From Enterobacteria phage IME177: a stretch of DNA of 39,224 nt. Below the pieces are notes generated by a model that had not been told where the DNA came from, searched no databases, and saw nothing but the letters and a program-made list of their open reading frames with translations. Shown here one piece after another: positions 17,159-27,679 of the stretch (positions are counted from its first letter, which is position 1; every line of letters starts with the position of its first letter). The DNA is taken from the sequence record MZ398247.1, one strand, 5' to 3'. The translations under genes and the position numbers were made by a program.

Positions 17159-17628
17159 TGACTCAGAAATATAGACTTAAGGTTAGTTGCTACGGGTGGC
17201 CTAAAGGTACTATCGTTACGAAATGTGAGAAAGACCCTGCACCAATATTCGGACTTACTCTGGTGGAATCCACTGAGCGTGGCAAATACAAACACGGAGC
17301 AGCAGGTTATAACACTCAGCCTGATGGTATGTGGGGGGCGTGGGTTGTAAACGAAAATCTTGAGGAAATCGTAGAGGATAAACCTCAAGTCCTGCCAGCC
17401 TCAAGCGTCCCTCCCGTCACCGTTAAACGTGAAGTCCTGACCATCAACAAGATTGGTGTAGGTCAGACGTTCATCGTCCACGGTAAGCCTGACGAAGTGT
17501 ACGTGAAGATTAGTAACTCTCACGTCTTCAACCATAAGTTGCTCCAGATGCACACGACTGACGCACATCGCTTCCAGTCACATCTGAATCTAGTGGTCGT
17601 AGAATTGGTGGTGTACAATGGTAAGTAA
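17158..17628 (+). CDS. hypothetical protein (156 aa), accessory ORF between endonuclease I and lysozyme
   Basis: ATG overlapping gp3 stop (TGATG), RBS aaaggag; no T7 gene occupies this position; no motif recognised. Confidence 0.6.
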   Translation: MTQKYRLKVSCYGWPKGTIVTKCEKDPAPIFGLTLVESTERGKYKHGAAGYNTQPDGMWGAWVVNENLEEIVEDKPQVLPASSVPPVTVKREVLTINKIGVGQTFIVHGKPDEVYVKISNSHVFNHKLLQMHTTDAHRFQSHLNLVVVELVVYNGK

Positions 17629-18076
17629 GGTACAGTTCAACCCACGGTCCCGGACTGACGCTATCTTCGTTCACTGTTCGGCTACCAAGCCAGATATGGA
17701 CATCGGGGTAGAGACCATCCGTATGTGGCACAAGCAGCAAGGATGGCTGGACGTAGGCTACCACTTTATCATCAAACGTGATGGCACTGTGGAAGAGGGT
17801 CGCCCGGTCAATGTCGTAGGGTCACACGTTAAGGACTGGAACTCCAAGTCCGTAGGCGTCTGCCTTGTAGGTGGAATTGACGCTAAGGGCAAGTTTGAAG
17901 CTAACTTCACTCCGGCCCAGATGAACTCACTGCGCAACAAGCTGGCTGACCTGAAGGCCCTGTATCCTCAGGCAGAAATAAAAGCACACCATGATGTAGC
18001 ACCTAAGGCGTGTCCAAGTTTCGACTTGCAGCGCTGGCTATCTACCAATGAACTGGTAACTTCCGACCGTGGTTAA
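17618..18076 (+). CDS. gp3.5: N-acetylmuramoyl-L-alanine amidase / lysozyme (gp3.5-like)
   Basis: 152 aa; DAIFVHCSATKP...WLDVGYHFIIKRDGTVEEGR...KAHHDVAPKACPSFDL...ELVTSDRG nearly colinear with T7 lysozyme as recalled. Confidence 0.95.
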   Translation: MVSKVQFNPRSRTDAIFVHCSATKPDMDIGVETIRMWHKQQGWLDVGYHFIIKRDGTVEEGRPVNVVGSHVKDWNSKSVGVCLVGGIDAKGKFEANFTPAQMNSLRNKLADLKALYPQAEIKAHHDVAPKACPSFDLQRWLSTNELVTSDRG

Positions 18077-18100
18077 TAAACTCTAAAGGAGAACAACTCA

Positions 18101-18316
18101 ATGATTAAACTTATCGAATTTCTTGGTCGTCTGGTGGTGCGTGGTTATCGTCGTGCTGCGGTTATGGAACGAAAGGTAGAAAAGAAGACTGCTGACAGTG
18201 CGGCTGATGCAGCTGCTCTGGCTGACAAGCTGGCCATCGCGTCACTGGAAGCTGGCATGAAGGCACGTCAAGCTGACACCAAAGCTGACCAGTTGGCTCA
18301 GTTCTTCAAAGCCTAA
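18101..18316 (+). CDS. hypothetical protein (71 aa), Ala/Lys-rich
   Basis: ORF with RBS taaaggag; predicted helical, charged. Confidence 0.5.
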   Translation: MIKLIEFLGRLVVRGYRRAAVMERKVEKKTADSAADAAALADKLAIASLEAGMKARQADTKADQLAQFFKA

Positions 18317-18334
18317 ACTATCACCTTAGGGATG
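18312..18334 (+). promoter_or_regulatory. variant phage promoter (phi4-like), TCACCTTAGG core, predicted +1 at 18329
   Basis: cctaaactatcaccttagggatg; followed by hairpin gggacaataagtcctgtccc (18335-18354) and ttt. Confidence 0.5.
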
Positions 18335-18381
18335 GGACAATAAGTCCTGTCCCTTTGTTCGCATTCGTGATTAAGGAGTGA

Positions 18382-20085
<1,704 letters not shown>

Positions 20086-20096
20086 GGAGGAGTACA

Positions 20097-20261
20097 TTGC
20101 TAAGAAAACTTAAAGCTCGCTACCATCGGTTCATGTACAAATGGTGGAGTGATGAAGCAACCTGCCTGTCCAACATTCTGGGAGACCAGAGGTTCGACTC
20201 TAAGGCATGGAAGAAAGCTAACCGGAAGTTTATGTATCACTTCTTGCGTACAGACTTCTAG
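20097..20261 (+). CDS. small basic protein; start uncertain (TTG 20097 after aggagg, or ATG 20133)
   Basis: In-frame with track ORF 20064-20261; RBS aggagg at 20085-20090. Confidence 0.35.
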   Translation: MLRKLKARYHRFMYKWWSDEATCLSNILGDQRFDSKAWKKANRKFMYHFLRTDF

Positions 20262-20264
20262 GTC

Positions 20265-20312
20265 TAGACTCAAGGTCATTCACATCGAGTGGCCTTTATG
20301 ATTAGACTAAAC
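20265..20312 (+). promoter_or_regulatory. conserved hairpin element, candidate RNase III processing site (copy 3 of 3)
   Basis: tagactcaaggtcattcacatcgagtggcctttatgattagactaaac; 15 nt upstream of the DNA polymerase start. Confidence 0.5.
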
Positions 20313-20326
20313 GCGGAGGATTAACC

Positions 20327-22498
20327 ATGTTTGACCTTAAGAGTATCTGGGGTTCTGATATCGAGACCAACGGTCTCCTTGATACAGTCTCCCAGTTTCA
20401 CTGTGGGGTCCTGATTAACGCCGAGTCGAATGAGACCCTTAAGTATGGGGTAACTCCGATGGTCGGTATCGTCGGTGGCTTCAAAGAGTATGTACAGAAG
20501 GTGGAAGAGATTGCCGCATCACCTGATGGTATGCTGGTATTCCACAACGGTATCAACTATGACGTCCCGGCTATTGACAAGCTGAAGCGTCTGTACTTTG
20601 GGAAACGCTTTAACTTCCCGAAACACAAGATGATTGATACCTTGGTGCTGGGCCGCTTGATGTATCCAAACATTAAGTTCTCAGACATGGGAGCAGTGAA
20701 AGCTGGTCGTCTGCCACCTAAGATGATGGGACGCCAGTCTCTTGAGGCTTGGGGCTATCGTCTCGGTGAGATGAAAGGTGAGTACAAACACGATTACGTT
20801 GCCAAGTGCAAGGCTGAAGGTGTCGAATATAAGGATGGGGACGAATGGTTGTTCCCGTCTCAGGAGATGCTAGACTATAACGTTCAAGACGTTGTGGTCA
20901 CACTGGCGTTGTTCAAGAAGTTCCTGACCGACAAGTATTACTTCCAGTCTGAACAGTTCGCTTTCGACCAGATTTATGCGTTGCGTCTGGAACATGATGC
21001 TGCGTGGACCTGTGCGAAGATGGAACGTAACGGCTATCCGATGAACACCGAGATGGTCGAAGGCTTATATCGTGAACTCACCGTCAAACGTGCAGAGTTG
21101 TTGGACAAGCTGCGTTCGACTTTCGGTAGCTGGTATGCACCAAAGGGAGGCAAGGAGTTCTTCAAGCACCCACGGACAGGCAAGGACCTTCCGAAGTATC
21201 CGCGAGTCGTGTATCCTAAGGTCGGGTCAGTATTCAAGAAGCCGAAGAACAAAGCTCAACGCTTAGGTCTGGAACCTTGCGAGTTCGACTCACGAGACAC
21301 GATGGAAGGAGCACCGTTCACGCCAATCACTTACGTTGAGTTTAATCCGGGAAGCGGAGACCACTTAGCGAAAGTCTTGATGGAGCGTGGTTGGGGGCCT
21401 GTGGACTTCACTGACACTGGGAAACCTGTAGTCGATGACGAGACGTTAGAACACGTTAAGCTACCAGACGCAGAGGCTCAGGCTTGCGTAGAGCTGGTCC
21501 GTGAGTATCTGGTAGTCCAGAAGCGCATCGGTCAGGCGGCTGAAGGTAAGAACGCATGGTTGAAACTTGTAGGTCCAGACGGACGTATGCACGGTTCAAT
21601 CAACCCATGCGGTGCAGTAACAGGACGTGCGACTCATAGTTCACCAAACATGGCTCAGGTCCCTGCTAACGGTGCTCCGTATGGTGAGATTTGCCGTGGT
21701 GCTTTCGGTGCAGCTTGGAACAAGACGGATGGTAAGCCAGACCCTTGGATTCAAGTGGGTGTGGATGCTTCAGGTCTTGAGCTTCGTTGTCTGGGGAACC
21801 GAGCAGCTCCGTTTGATGGTGGTGCCTATGCGAAGACTGTGGTCGAAGGTGACATCCACTGGGCCAACGCAGTAAACGCTGGTTTAGCACCTAACGTCCC
21901 ACGCGATAAATCGAACCACGACCATGATGCTTTCCGTAACAACGCTAAGACGTTCATCTATGCGTTCCTGTATGGTGCAGGGGCCGCTAAGATTGGACTG
22001 ATAGTCGGCGGTGGTAAGAAGGAAGGTTCAGCTCTCATGAAGAAATTCATTGAGGGTACACCAGCCATCAAAGACCTCAGGGAAGCTGTGAGTAATACGT
22101 TAATCTCAGACTCTAAGTGGGTGGACGGAGAGAACATCGTCAAGTGGAAACGCCGTTGGTTGCGCGGACTTGACGGGCGCCGTATCCACATCCGGTCGCC
22201 GCACTCAGCACTGAACGCCTTACTTCAAGGCGATGGTGCGGTAGTCTGTAAAACGTGGTTCACTTGGCTTGAGAGGAACCTAGAAGCTAAAGGCTACGTG
22301 CATGGCTGGGATGGTGACTTTGCGATTATGGCTTTTGTCCATGATGAAGTTCAAGTTGCCGCAAGGACTATGGAAATAGCTGAGGACATCGTTAAGGTGG
22401 CGCAATCCACAATGCGAGAGGTTGGAGAGTTCTACCAGTTCAAGTGTGTGCTTGACACCGAGGGAAAGATAGGGGCTACGTGGCGCGAATGTCACTAA
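20327..22498 (+). CDS. gp5: DNA polymerase (gp5-like, family A)
   Basis: 723 aa; exonuclease motif SDIETNGL, polymerase motifs VGVDASGLELRCL, KTFIYAFLYGAG, FVHDEVQV; colinear with T7 gp5 as recalled. Confidence 0.97.
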   Translation: MFDLKSIWGSDIETNGLLDTVSQFHCGVLINAESNETLKYGVTPMVGIVGGFKEYVQKVEEIAASPDGMLVFHNGINYDVPAIDKLKRLYFGKRFNFPKHKMIDTLVLGRLMYPNIKFSDMGAVKAGRLPPKMMGRQSLEAWGYRLGEMKGEYKHDYVAKCKAEGVEYKDGDEWLFPSQEMLDYNVQDVVVTLALFKKFLTDKYYFQSEQFAFDQIYALRLEHDAAWTCAKMERNGYPMNTEMVEGLYRELTVKRAELLDKLRSTFGSWYAPKGGKEFFKHPRTGKDLPKYPRVVYPKVGSVFKKPKNKAQRLGLEPCEFDSRDTMEGAPFTPITYVEFNPGSGDHLAKVLMERGWGPVDFTDTGKPVVDDETLEHVKLPDAEAQACVELVREYLVVQKRIGQAAEGKNAWLKLVGPDGRMHGSINPCGAVTGRATHSSPNMAQVPANGAPYGEICRGAFGAAWNKTDGKPDPWIQVGVDASGLELRCLGNRAAPFDGGAYAKTVVEGDIHWANAVNAGLAPNVPRDKSNHDHDAFRNNAKTFIYAFLYGAGAAKIGLIVGGGKKEGSALMKKFIEGTPAIKDLREAVSNTLISDSKWVDGENIVKWKRRWLRGLDGRRIHIRSPHSALNALLQGDGAVVCKTWFTWLERNLEAKGYVHGWDGDFAIMAFVHDEVQVAARTMEIAEDIVKVAQSTMREVGEFYQFKCVLDTEGKIGATWRECH

Positions 22499-22507
22499 GG
22501 AGATAAG

Positions 22508-22834
22508 ATGGGAGGTGTGGCAACCTTGCGCTTCCATAAGATGCCTACTGGATGTATCGTCTGTGTATCACATCGTCGCAATCATGATGGATACTTTCGG
22601 TACACGGTAGGCTCTGCCCGTAAGCCGGGACGCAAGGCGTTTATGTTTCACCGATGGGTGTGGGAACAGAAGCGCGGACCCATACCGGATGGCTATGAGA
22701 TAGACCATTTGTGTTTGAATCGTGGGTGCTGTAACGTAGAACATCTACAATGTATTCCAAAGCGTGATCACGTCATCAAGACGAACCGTGAGCGCAAACT
22801 TATTAAGAAGGAGAAGACTAATGGCTATTACTAA
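22508..22834 (+). CDS. HNH homing endonuclease
   Basis: 108 aa; EIDHLCLNRGCCNVEHLQ is an HNH motif with zinc-binding Cys; directly downstream of the DNA polymerase gene. Confidence 0.8.
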   Translation: MGGVATLRFHKMPTGCIVCVSHRRNHDGYFRYTVGSARKPGRKAFMFHRWVWEQKRGPIPDGYEIDHLCLNRGCCNVEHLQCIPKRDHVIKTNRERKLIKKEKTNGYY

Positions 22835-23105
22835 ACGTATTCGTGTAAGTTTCGACCTGAAGACGGTTGTTAGCTCAACGAAAGAAGAGACCATGTGTCG
22901 CCAACTGGCTGAGATGACTAAAGCCTACGCTGAGGGTGAGAAGCTGGATGGACTTCAGGTGGTTATGGTCAAAGCAGCAATCGAGTCAGGCCCTGAGTCT
23001 GCCCTTGAAATTGCCCTCAAGAAGACCATCAAGGAGGAGCTGGTAGACGCCTTTGGTGATGACCAGTTCGGAGTATCTAACCTGCGATTCGAGTTCAAGC
23101 AATGA
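22821..23105 (+). CDS. gp5.5: gp5.5-like protein (94 aa)
   Basis: ATG at 22821 with RBS aaggag; MAITKRIRVSFDL resembles the T7 gp5.5 N-terminus as recalled; overlaps HNH gene end. Confidence 0.6.
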   Translation: MAITKRIRVSFDLKTVVSSTKEETMCRQLAEMTKAYAEGEKLDGLQVVMVKAAIESGPESALEIALKKTIKEELVDAFGDDQFGVSNLRFEFKQ

Positions 23106-23311
23106 GTGAATACTTACGGGTCCTAGCGGCCCTTAAGTCCTGCCCGAAGACCTTCCAGTCCAACTATGTGCGCAACAACGCTGCACTGGTGGCTGAGGCT
23201 GCGAGTCGTGGACATCTAAGCTGCCTGTCTATGGATGGGCGTAACAACGGTGCGTGGGAGATTACCGCTGCTGGCACCAAGTTCCTGAACCAACACGGAG
23301 GCTGTCTATGA
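23102..23311 (+). CDS. gp5.7: gp5.7-like protein (69 aa)
   Basis: MSEYLRVLAALKSCPKTFQSNYVRNNAALVAEAASRGHLSC closely matches T7 gp5.7 as recalled. Confidence 0.75.
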   Translation: MSEYLRVLAALKSCPKTFQSNYVRNNAALVAEAASRGHLSCLSMDGRNNGAWEITAAGTKFLNQHGGCL

Positions 23312-23757
23312 AGATACCTGAAAGTCTGAAAGAGCTGGTCCTTGACATGGGTGAGTGCGAGAAGGAGCACCGCAAGTACGCTGAGTTCTACGCATCTTGG
23401 TCATACACCTTGACAGAGAAGGACGTTGAGTCATACACCGAGTCTCCCGCTGAGGCTTATGAGTGGCGTCCGTTCATCGGACTGACCATCGTAGCTAGCG
23501 GTATGTGGGATGACAGATACGGCTCAGAGGTAAACGACTGGGACGTGTACCGCCAAGTTGAGAAGGAGACCGAAATGTCTTCCAACTTCTGGAGCCTGAT
23601 GTCCCACCTCAACTCAGATGACAATGACATGGCCCATGAGTTCGCCAACAAATGGCTGAAGCCTGAGGTGACTCTGGAACGTATTGAGGAGCCTAAAGTG
23701 CCATTGATGCCATATGCAGTCGCTATGGCTACAGGAGGTCTGGACGATGGGTGCTGA
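23308..23757 (+). CDS. hypothetical acidic protein (149 aa) at the gp5.9 position
   Basis: ATG 23308 with RBS ggagg; overlaps gp5.7 stop and gp6 start; much larger than T7 gp5.9. Confidence 0.55.
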   Translation: MKIPESLKELVLDMGECEKEHRKYAEFYASWSYTLTEKDVESYTESPAEAYEWRPFIGLTIVASGMWDDRYGSEVNDWDVYRQVEKETEMSSNFWSLMSHLNSDDNDMAHEFANKWLKPEVTLERIEEPKVPLMPYAVAMATGGLDDGC

Positions 23758-24616
23758 GAAGAAGATAGCTCTTGTTCTTGATGGCGATTACCTAGTATTC
23801 TCTTCTATGGCTGCTGCCGAGGACGAGACAGACTGGGGTGATGACATCTGGACCCTTATCTGCGACCATGAGAAGGCTCGCCGTATCCTTGAGAACACCA
23901 TCGCTGAAATCGTTAAGAAGCGCAAGGCGTGGAAAGACGCTAAGATTGTGATGTGCTTTACTGATGATAACAACTGGCGTAAGGACGTTTTGCCTACCTA
24001 TAAGGCTAACCGTAAGGGTTCTCGCAAGCCTGTAGGTTACAAGAAGTTCGTAGCCGAAGTGATGGCTGACCCACGGTTCAACAGCTTCCTGCGTCCCACG
24101 CTTGAGGGTGATGACTGTATGGGTATCATCGGGACCAGACCTCAGATTGTCGGATGTGACCATGCGGTTCTGGTGTCCTGTGATAAGGACTTCAAGACCA
24201 TCCCGAACTGTGAGTTCTTCTGGTTAACCACTGGTGAAATCCTGAGTCATACGACTGCTGAGGCAGACTACTGGCACATGGAGCAGACCATCAAGGGAGA
24301 TACTACAGATGGCTACGGTGGCATTCCTGGAATGGGTGAGGACACCACTCGTGTGTTCCTTGACGAGCCGTACTACTTCGTGCAGGAGAGCCGTGAGCTT
24401 AAGACTGGCAAGAACAAAGGCCAGATTAAGACTGAGTGGAAGAAGTATCCGAAGCGTGAAGACATGACGCTGTGGGACTGCATGGTTACACTGGCTGCTA
24501 AGGCTGGCATGACCGAGGAGGAACTTCTGGTCCAAGCTCAGGTCGCTCGTATTTGTCGAGCATCTGACTATGACCCTAAGTCCAAGGAGGTCATCCTATG
24601 GACACCACCCATGTAA
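23747..24616 (+). CDS. gp6: 5'-3' exonuclease (gp6-like)
   Basis: ATG 23747 after aggagg; ...LVLDGDYLVF..., FTDDNNWRK, PVGY, SCDKDFKTIPNC, TIKGDTTDGY, AKAGMTEEEL colinear with T7 gp6 as recalled. Confidence 0.93.
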   Translation: MGAEKKIALVLDGDYLVFSSMAAAEDETDWGDDIWTLICDHEKARRILENTIAEIVKKRKAWKDAKIVMCFTDDNNWRKDVLPTYKANRKGSRKPVGYKKFVAEVMADPRFNSFLRPTLEGDDCMGIIGTRPQIVGCDHAVLVSCDKDFKTIPNCEFFWLTTGEILSHTTAEADYWHMEQTIKGDTTDGYGGIPGMGEDTTRVFLDEPYYFVQESRELKTGKNKGQIKTEWKKYPKREDMTLWDCMVTLAAKAGMTEEELLVQAQVARICRASDYDPKSKEVILWTPPM

Positions 24617-24690
24617 TTTACTGGGTCGGACTTCTGGCCCTTTACTGCATGTACAAGTGGTTCGGGTCGAACAACCGTCCTAAACACTGA
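24598..24690 (+). CDS. small hydrophobic protein (30 aa; gp6.3 position)
   Basis: ATG with RBS ggagg 7 nt upstream; MDTTHVIYWVGLLALYCMYKWFG...; overlaps gp6 end in another frame. Confidence 0.35.
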   Translation: MDTTHVIYWVGLLALYCMYKWFGSNNRPKH

Positions 24691-24742
24691 GTCTAACCGA
24701 TAGTCATATCCTATCAATCCAACAGTCATCCATAGGTGAAAC

Positions 24743-24765
24743 ACTAAACTATCACTATAGGGACT
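24743..24765 (+). promoter_or_regulatory. phage RNA polymerase promoter (phi6.5-like), predicted +1 at 24760
   Basis: cactaaactatcactatagggac. Confidence 0.8.
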
Positions 24766-24826
24766 TTAGGACCTAAGATATGACTATAAGATAGACTTTA
24801 GTCTTAACTTAAAGAGGAGATTCAAG

Positions 24827-25099
24827 ATGGCTATTACTGCTATTGAAAACGTTGTTAAGCAGTTACAGGAAGAAAGACTTGATGTCCCGAACATCTCACA
24901 GTCTGCTATCCAGTTCCTGCACGTATTGTTCAACGCAAGCTACGCTGAGAAGATGGGAGCTATCAGTCTCCTCAAGCAGCAAGGCTACAGCGATGCGTTC
25001 ATTGCCGGGTTCATCAAGGGTCTCCAGTATTGTTCTGACACTCTCGACTCTGCGATTGCTATGCGTCGTGAGCTGAAAGATACCGTTCAGTTCGATTAA
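24827..25099 (+). CDS. hypothetical protein (90 aa; gp6.5 position)
   Basis: ORF with RBS aaagaggag; first gene after the phi6.5-like promoter. Confidence 0.6.
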   Translation: MAITAIENVVKQLQEERLDVPNISQSAIQFLHVLFNASYAEKMGAISLLKQQGYSDAFIAGFIKGLQYCSDTLDSAIAMRRELKDTVQFD

Positions 25100-25113
25100 C
25101 TGTAGGAGGGACT

Positions 25114-25338
25114 ATGTGTTTCAGTCCAAAGATTAGCACTCCGAAGCCTTCGGTCCAAGCACCTGAACCAGCACCCCTGAGTGAGGAAGTTGCGTCAGTT
25201 GACATCGGGGCTGAATCGGATGTGGACACCAACGAGACCAAAGGTATCAAAGACCTGAAGGTCAAGAAGGAGTCTGCACCTAAAGATAAATCGTCAGTAA
25301 GTCGCGCTATGCGTAACTCTGGCGTCAACATGGGGTAA
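25114..25338 (+). CDS. gp6.7: gp6.7-like virion protein (74 aa)
   Basis: MCFSPKISTPK...EPAPLSEEV matches the T7 gp6.7 N-terminus as recalled. Confidence 0.7.
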   Translation: MCFSPKISTPKPSVQAPEPAPLSEEVASVDIGAESDVDTNETKGIKDLKVKKESAPKDKSSVSRAMRNSGVNMG

Positions 25339-25342
25339 GATA

Positions 25343-25747
25343 ATGCTACCATATCTCAACTCACGCGAAGGTCGCCACATGTGCGCTTGTCGCCTCTGGG
25401 AAGACGGGCAGTCTAACTTCAAGTCATTCGAGGACTTCAAGGCTCATACTTACCGTATGGCTGACGAGTTCGATGGTGAAGAGTACACAATCTACGATGT
25501 CTCAGGCCAACCAGTAGCGTATCTCTACATGCTGGCTACCGCATCTTGGCACCGACCGACTCCCGGTCTTGACCTTTCAATAATCGCTATTCGTCGTGAC
25601 TCGCAGTCCTCCCGCAAGGTTCTTGAGACTGTCAGGCACATCATAGACGAAGAGTGCAAGCGTTGGGGTCTTGGCTGGTATTCTCGTGTCAAGCATGTTT
25701 CCGGGTCGGTAGACATCGTAACAACTAAGGAGATTAACCGTGGGTAA
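25343..25747 (+). CDS. gp7: gp7-like virion protein (134 aa)
   Basis: Size and position match T7 gene 7 (133 aa); between gp6.7 and gp7.3. Confidence 0.6.
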   Translation: MLPYLNSREGRHMCACRLWEDGQSNFKSFEDFKAHTYRMADEFDGEEYTIYDVSGQPVAYLYMLATASWHRPTPGLDLSIIAIRRDSQSSRKVLETVRHIIDEECKRWGLGWYSRVKHVSGSVDIVTTKEINRG

Positions 25748-25994
25748 ATCAATCAGTAAAGCTTTCAAGAAAGTAGTAAAAGGTACGTTAGGGGCAGTTG
25801 GTCTTGGAGCTGATGATGCACCTAAAGTTGTTGAGGCTCAGACCCCAGCACCAGCAGCACCAGTGGAAGTACCGAACGACAAAGTGGAGGATGTGGATAC
25901 TGAAGCAACCGCATCTGATGAGAAGAAAGTGAAGCGTTCCGGTAAGCGTAGCCTTCAGGTCTCTCGCACCTCTGGTGGCGGTATTTCTATTTAA
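25740..25994 (+). CDS. gp7.3: gp7.3-like tail/ejection-associated protein (84 aa)
   Basis: MGKS...KKVVKG..., C-terminal ...RTSGGGISI resembles T7 gp7.3 (...ARSSGGGINI as recalled). Confidence 0.7.
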   Translation: MGKSISKAFKKVVKGTLGAVGLGADDAPKVVEAQTPAPAAPVEVPNDKVEDVDTEATASDEKKVKRSGKRSLQVSRTSGGGISI

Positions 25995-26005
25995 GGAGGT
26001 GACGA

Positions 26006-27574
26006 ATGGCTGAACGTGAAGGGTTCGCTGCTGAAGGAGCCAAAGCGGTCTATGACCGACTGAAGAACGGTAGACAGCCATATGAGACACGCGCTCAGAA
26101 CTGTGCTGCTGTCACTATCCCGTCACTGTTTCCTAAGGAGTCCGACAACTCGTCTACTGAGTACACAACTCCGTGGCAAGCTGTAGGTGCTCGCTGTTTG
26201 AACAACTTGGCTGCAAAGCTGATGTTGGCATTATTTCCCCAGTCACCGTGGATGCGACTGACAGTCTCCGAATATGAGGCCAAGACCTTGAGTCAGGACT
26301 CAGAGGCTGCTGCTCGTGTTGACGAAGGGCTGGCTATGGTCGAGCGTGTGTTGATGGCCTACATGGAGACCAACAGTTTCCGTGTGCCATTGTTCGAAGC
26401 TCTGAAGCAGCTTATCGTCTCCGGTAACTGTCTGCTTTACATTCCAGAGCCTGAACAGGGTACTTACAGTCCTATGCGAATGTACCGCTTAGTGTCCTAC
26501 GTTGTTCAACGTGATGCTTTCGGTAATATCTTGCAGATTGTGACTCTCGACAAGGTAGCGTTTAGTGCTCTACCGGAAGACGTTAAGTCACAACTCAACG
26601 CAGACGACTATGAGCCTGACACAGAGCTGGAAGTATATACGCACATCTACCGTCAAGACGACGAGTATCTACGTTATGAGGAAGTGGAAGGCATTGAGGT
26701 AGCAGGGACCGAGGGTTCTTACCCACTGACTGCATGTCCATACATCCCGGTACGAATGGTTCGACTGGATGGTGAAGACTATGGTCGTTCTTACTGCGAG
26801 GAGTATCTGGGAGACCTGAACTCGCTGGAGACGATTACAGAAGCTATCACCAAAATGGCTAAGGTAGCCTCCAAGGTGGTGGGCCTCGTTAACCCGAACG
26901 GTATCACGCAACCTCGTCGTCTGAACAAGGCGGCTACAGGTGAGTTCGTTGCCGGTCGCGTTGAGGACATCAACTTCCTGCAACTGACTAAGGGTCAGGA
27001 CTTTACGATTGCCAAGTCGGTGGCTGATGCTATCGAGCAACGTTTAGGCTGGGCCTTCCTTCTTAATAGTGCTGTTCAGCGTAATGCCGAGCGAGTCACT
27101 GCTGAAGAGATTCGTTATGTTGCTGGAGAACTGGAGGCGACCTTAGGTGGCGTGTACTCAGTACAATCCCAAGAGCTTCAGTTACCTATCGTCCGTGTGC
27201 TTATGAACCAGCTTCAGTCTGCTGGCATGATTCCTGACCTTCCGAAAGAAGCGGTAGAGCCTACGGTATCCACTGGTCTGGAAGCGTTAGGTCGTGGTCA
27301 AGACTTAGAGAAGCTGACTCAGGCAGTCAACATGATGACCGGGCTACAGCCTCTGCAACAGGACCCAGACATTAACTTGCCGACCCTGAAGCTGCGACTG
27401 CTGAATGCCTTAGGCATTGATACTGCTGGCCTTCTGCTGACTCAGGACGAGAAGATGCAACGTATGGCTGAACAGTCCGCTCAAGGAGCTGTGGTCAACG
27501 GTGCGTCTGCTGCTGGTGCTAACATGGGCGCTACTGTTGGACAAGTAGCTGGTGAGGACATGGCTCAAGCCTAA
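26006..27574 (+). CDS. gp8: head-to-tail connector (portal) protein (gp8-like)
   Basis: 522 aa; YETRAQNCA, TPWQAVGAR, YRLVSYVVQRDAFGN, GLVNPNGITQPRRL, RVTAEEIRYVAGELE colinear with T7 gp8 as recalled. Confidence 0.96.
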   Translation: MAEREGFAAEGAKAVYDRLKNGRQPYETRAQNCAAVTIPSLFPKESDNSSTEYTTPWQAVGARCLNNLAAKLMLALFPQSPWMRLTVSEYEAKTLSQDSEAAARVDEGLAMVERVLMAYMETNSFRVPLFEALKQLIVSGNCLLYIPEPEQGTYSPMRMYRLVSYVVQRDAFGNILQIVTLDKVAFSALPEDVKSQLNADDYEPDTELEVYTHIYRQDDEYLRYEEVEGIEVAGTEGSYPLTACPYIPVRMVRLDGEDYGRSYCEEYLGDLNSLETITEAITKMAKVASKVVGLVNPNGITQPRRLNKAATGEFVAGRVEDINFLQLTKGQDFTIAKSVADAIEQRLGWAFLLNSAVQRNAERVTAEEIRYVAGELEATLGGVYSVQSQELQLPIVRVLMNQLQSAGMIPDLPKEAVEPTVSTGLEALGRGQDLEKLTQAVNMMTGLQPLQQDPDINLPTLKLRLLNALGIDTAGLLLTQDEKMQRMAEQSAQGAVVNGASAAGANMGATVGQVAGEDMAQA

Positions 27575-27592
27575 ACTATCACTATAGGAACA
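27570..27592 (+). promoter_or_regulatory. phage RNA polymerase promoter (phi9-like), predicted +1 at 27587
   Basis: cctaaactatcactataggaaca; overlaps the portal gene stop. Confidence 0.8.
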
Positions 27593-27679
27593 ACGGGACA
27601 CACATTCACCGCGAGTGTGCCACTGGGAGCTACCATACTCTGTCCCGTCACCTATTAACTACCAAAGGAGAATGACTCA

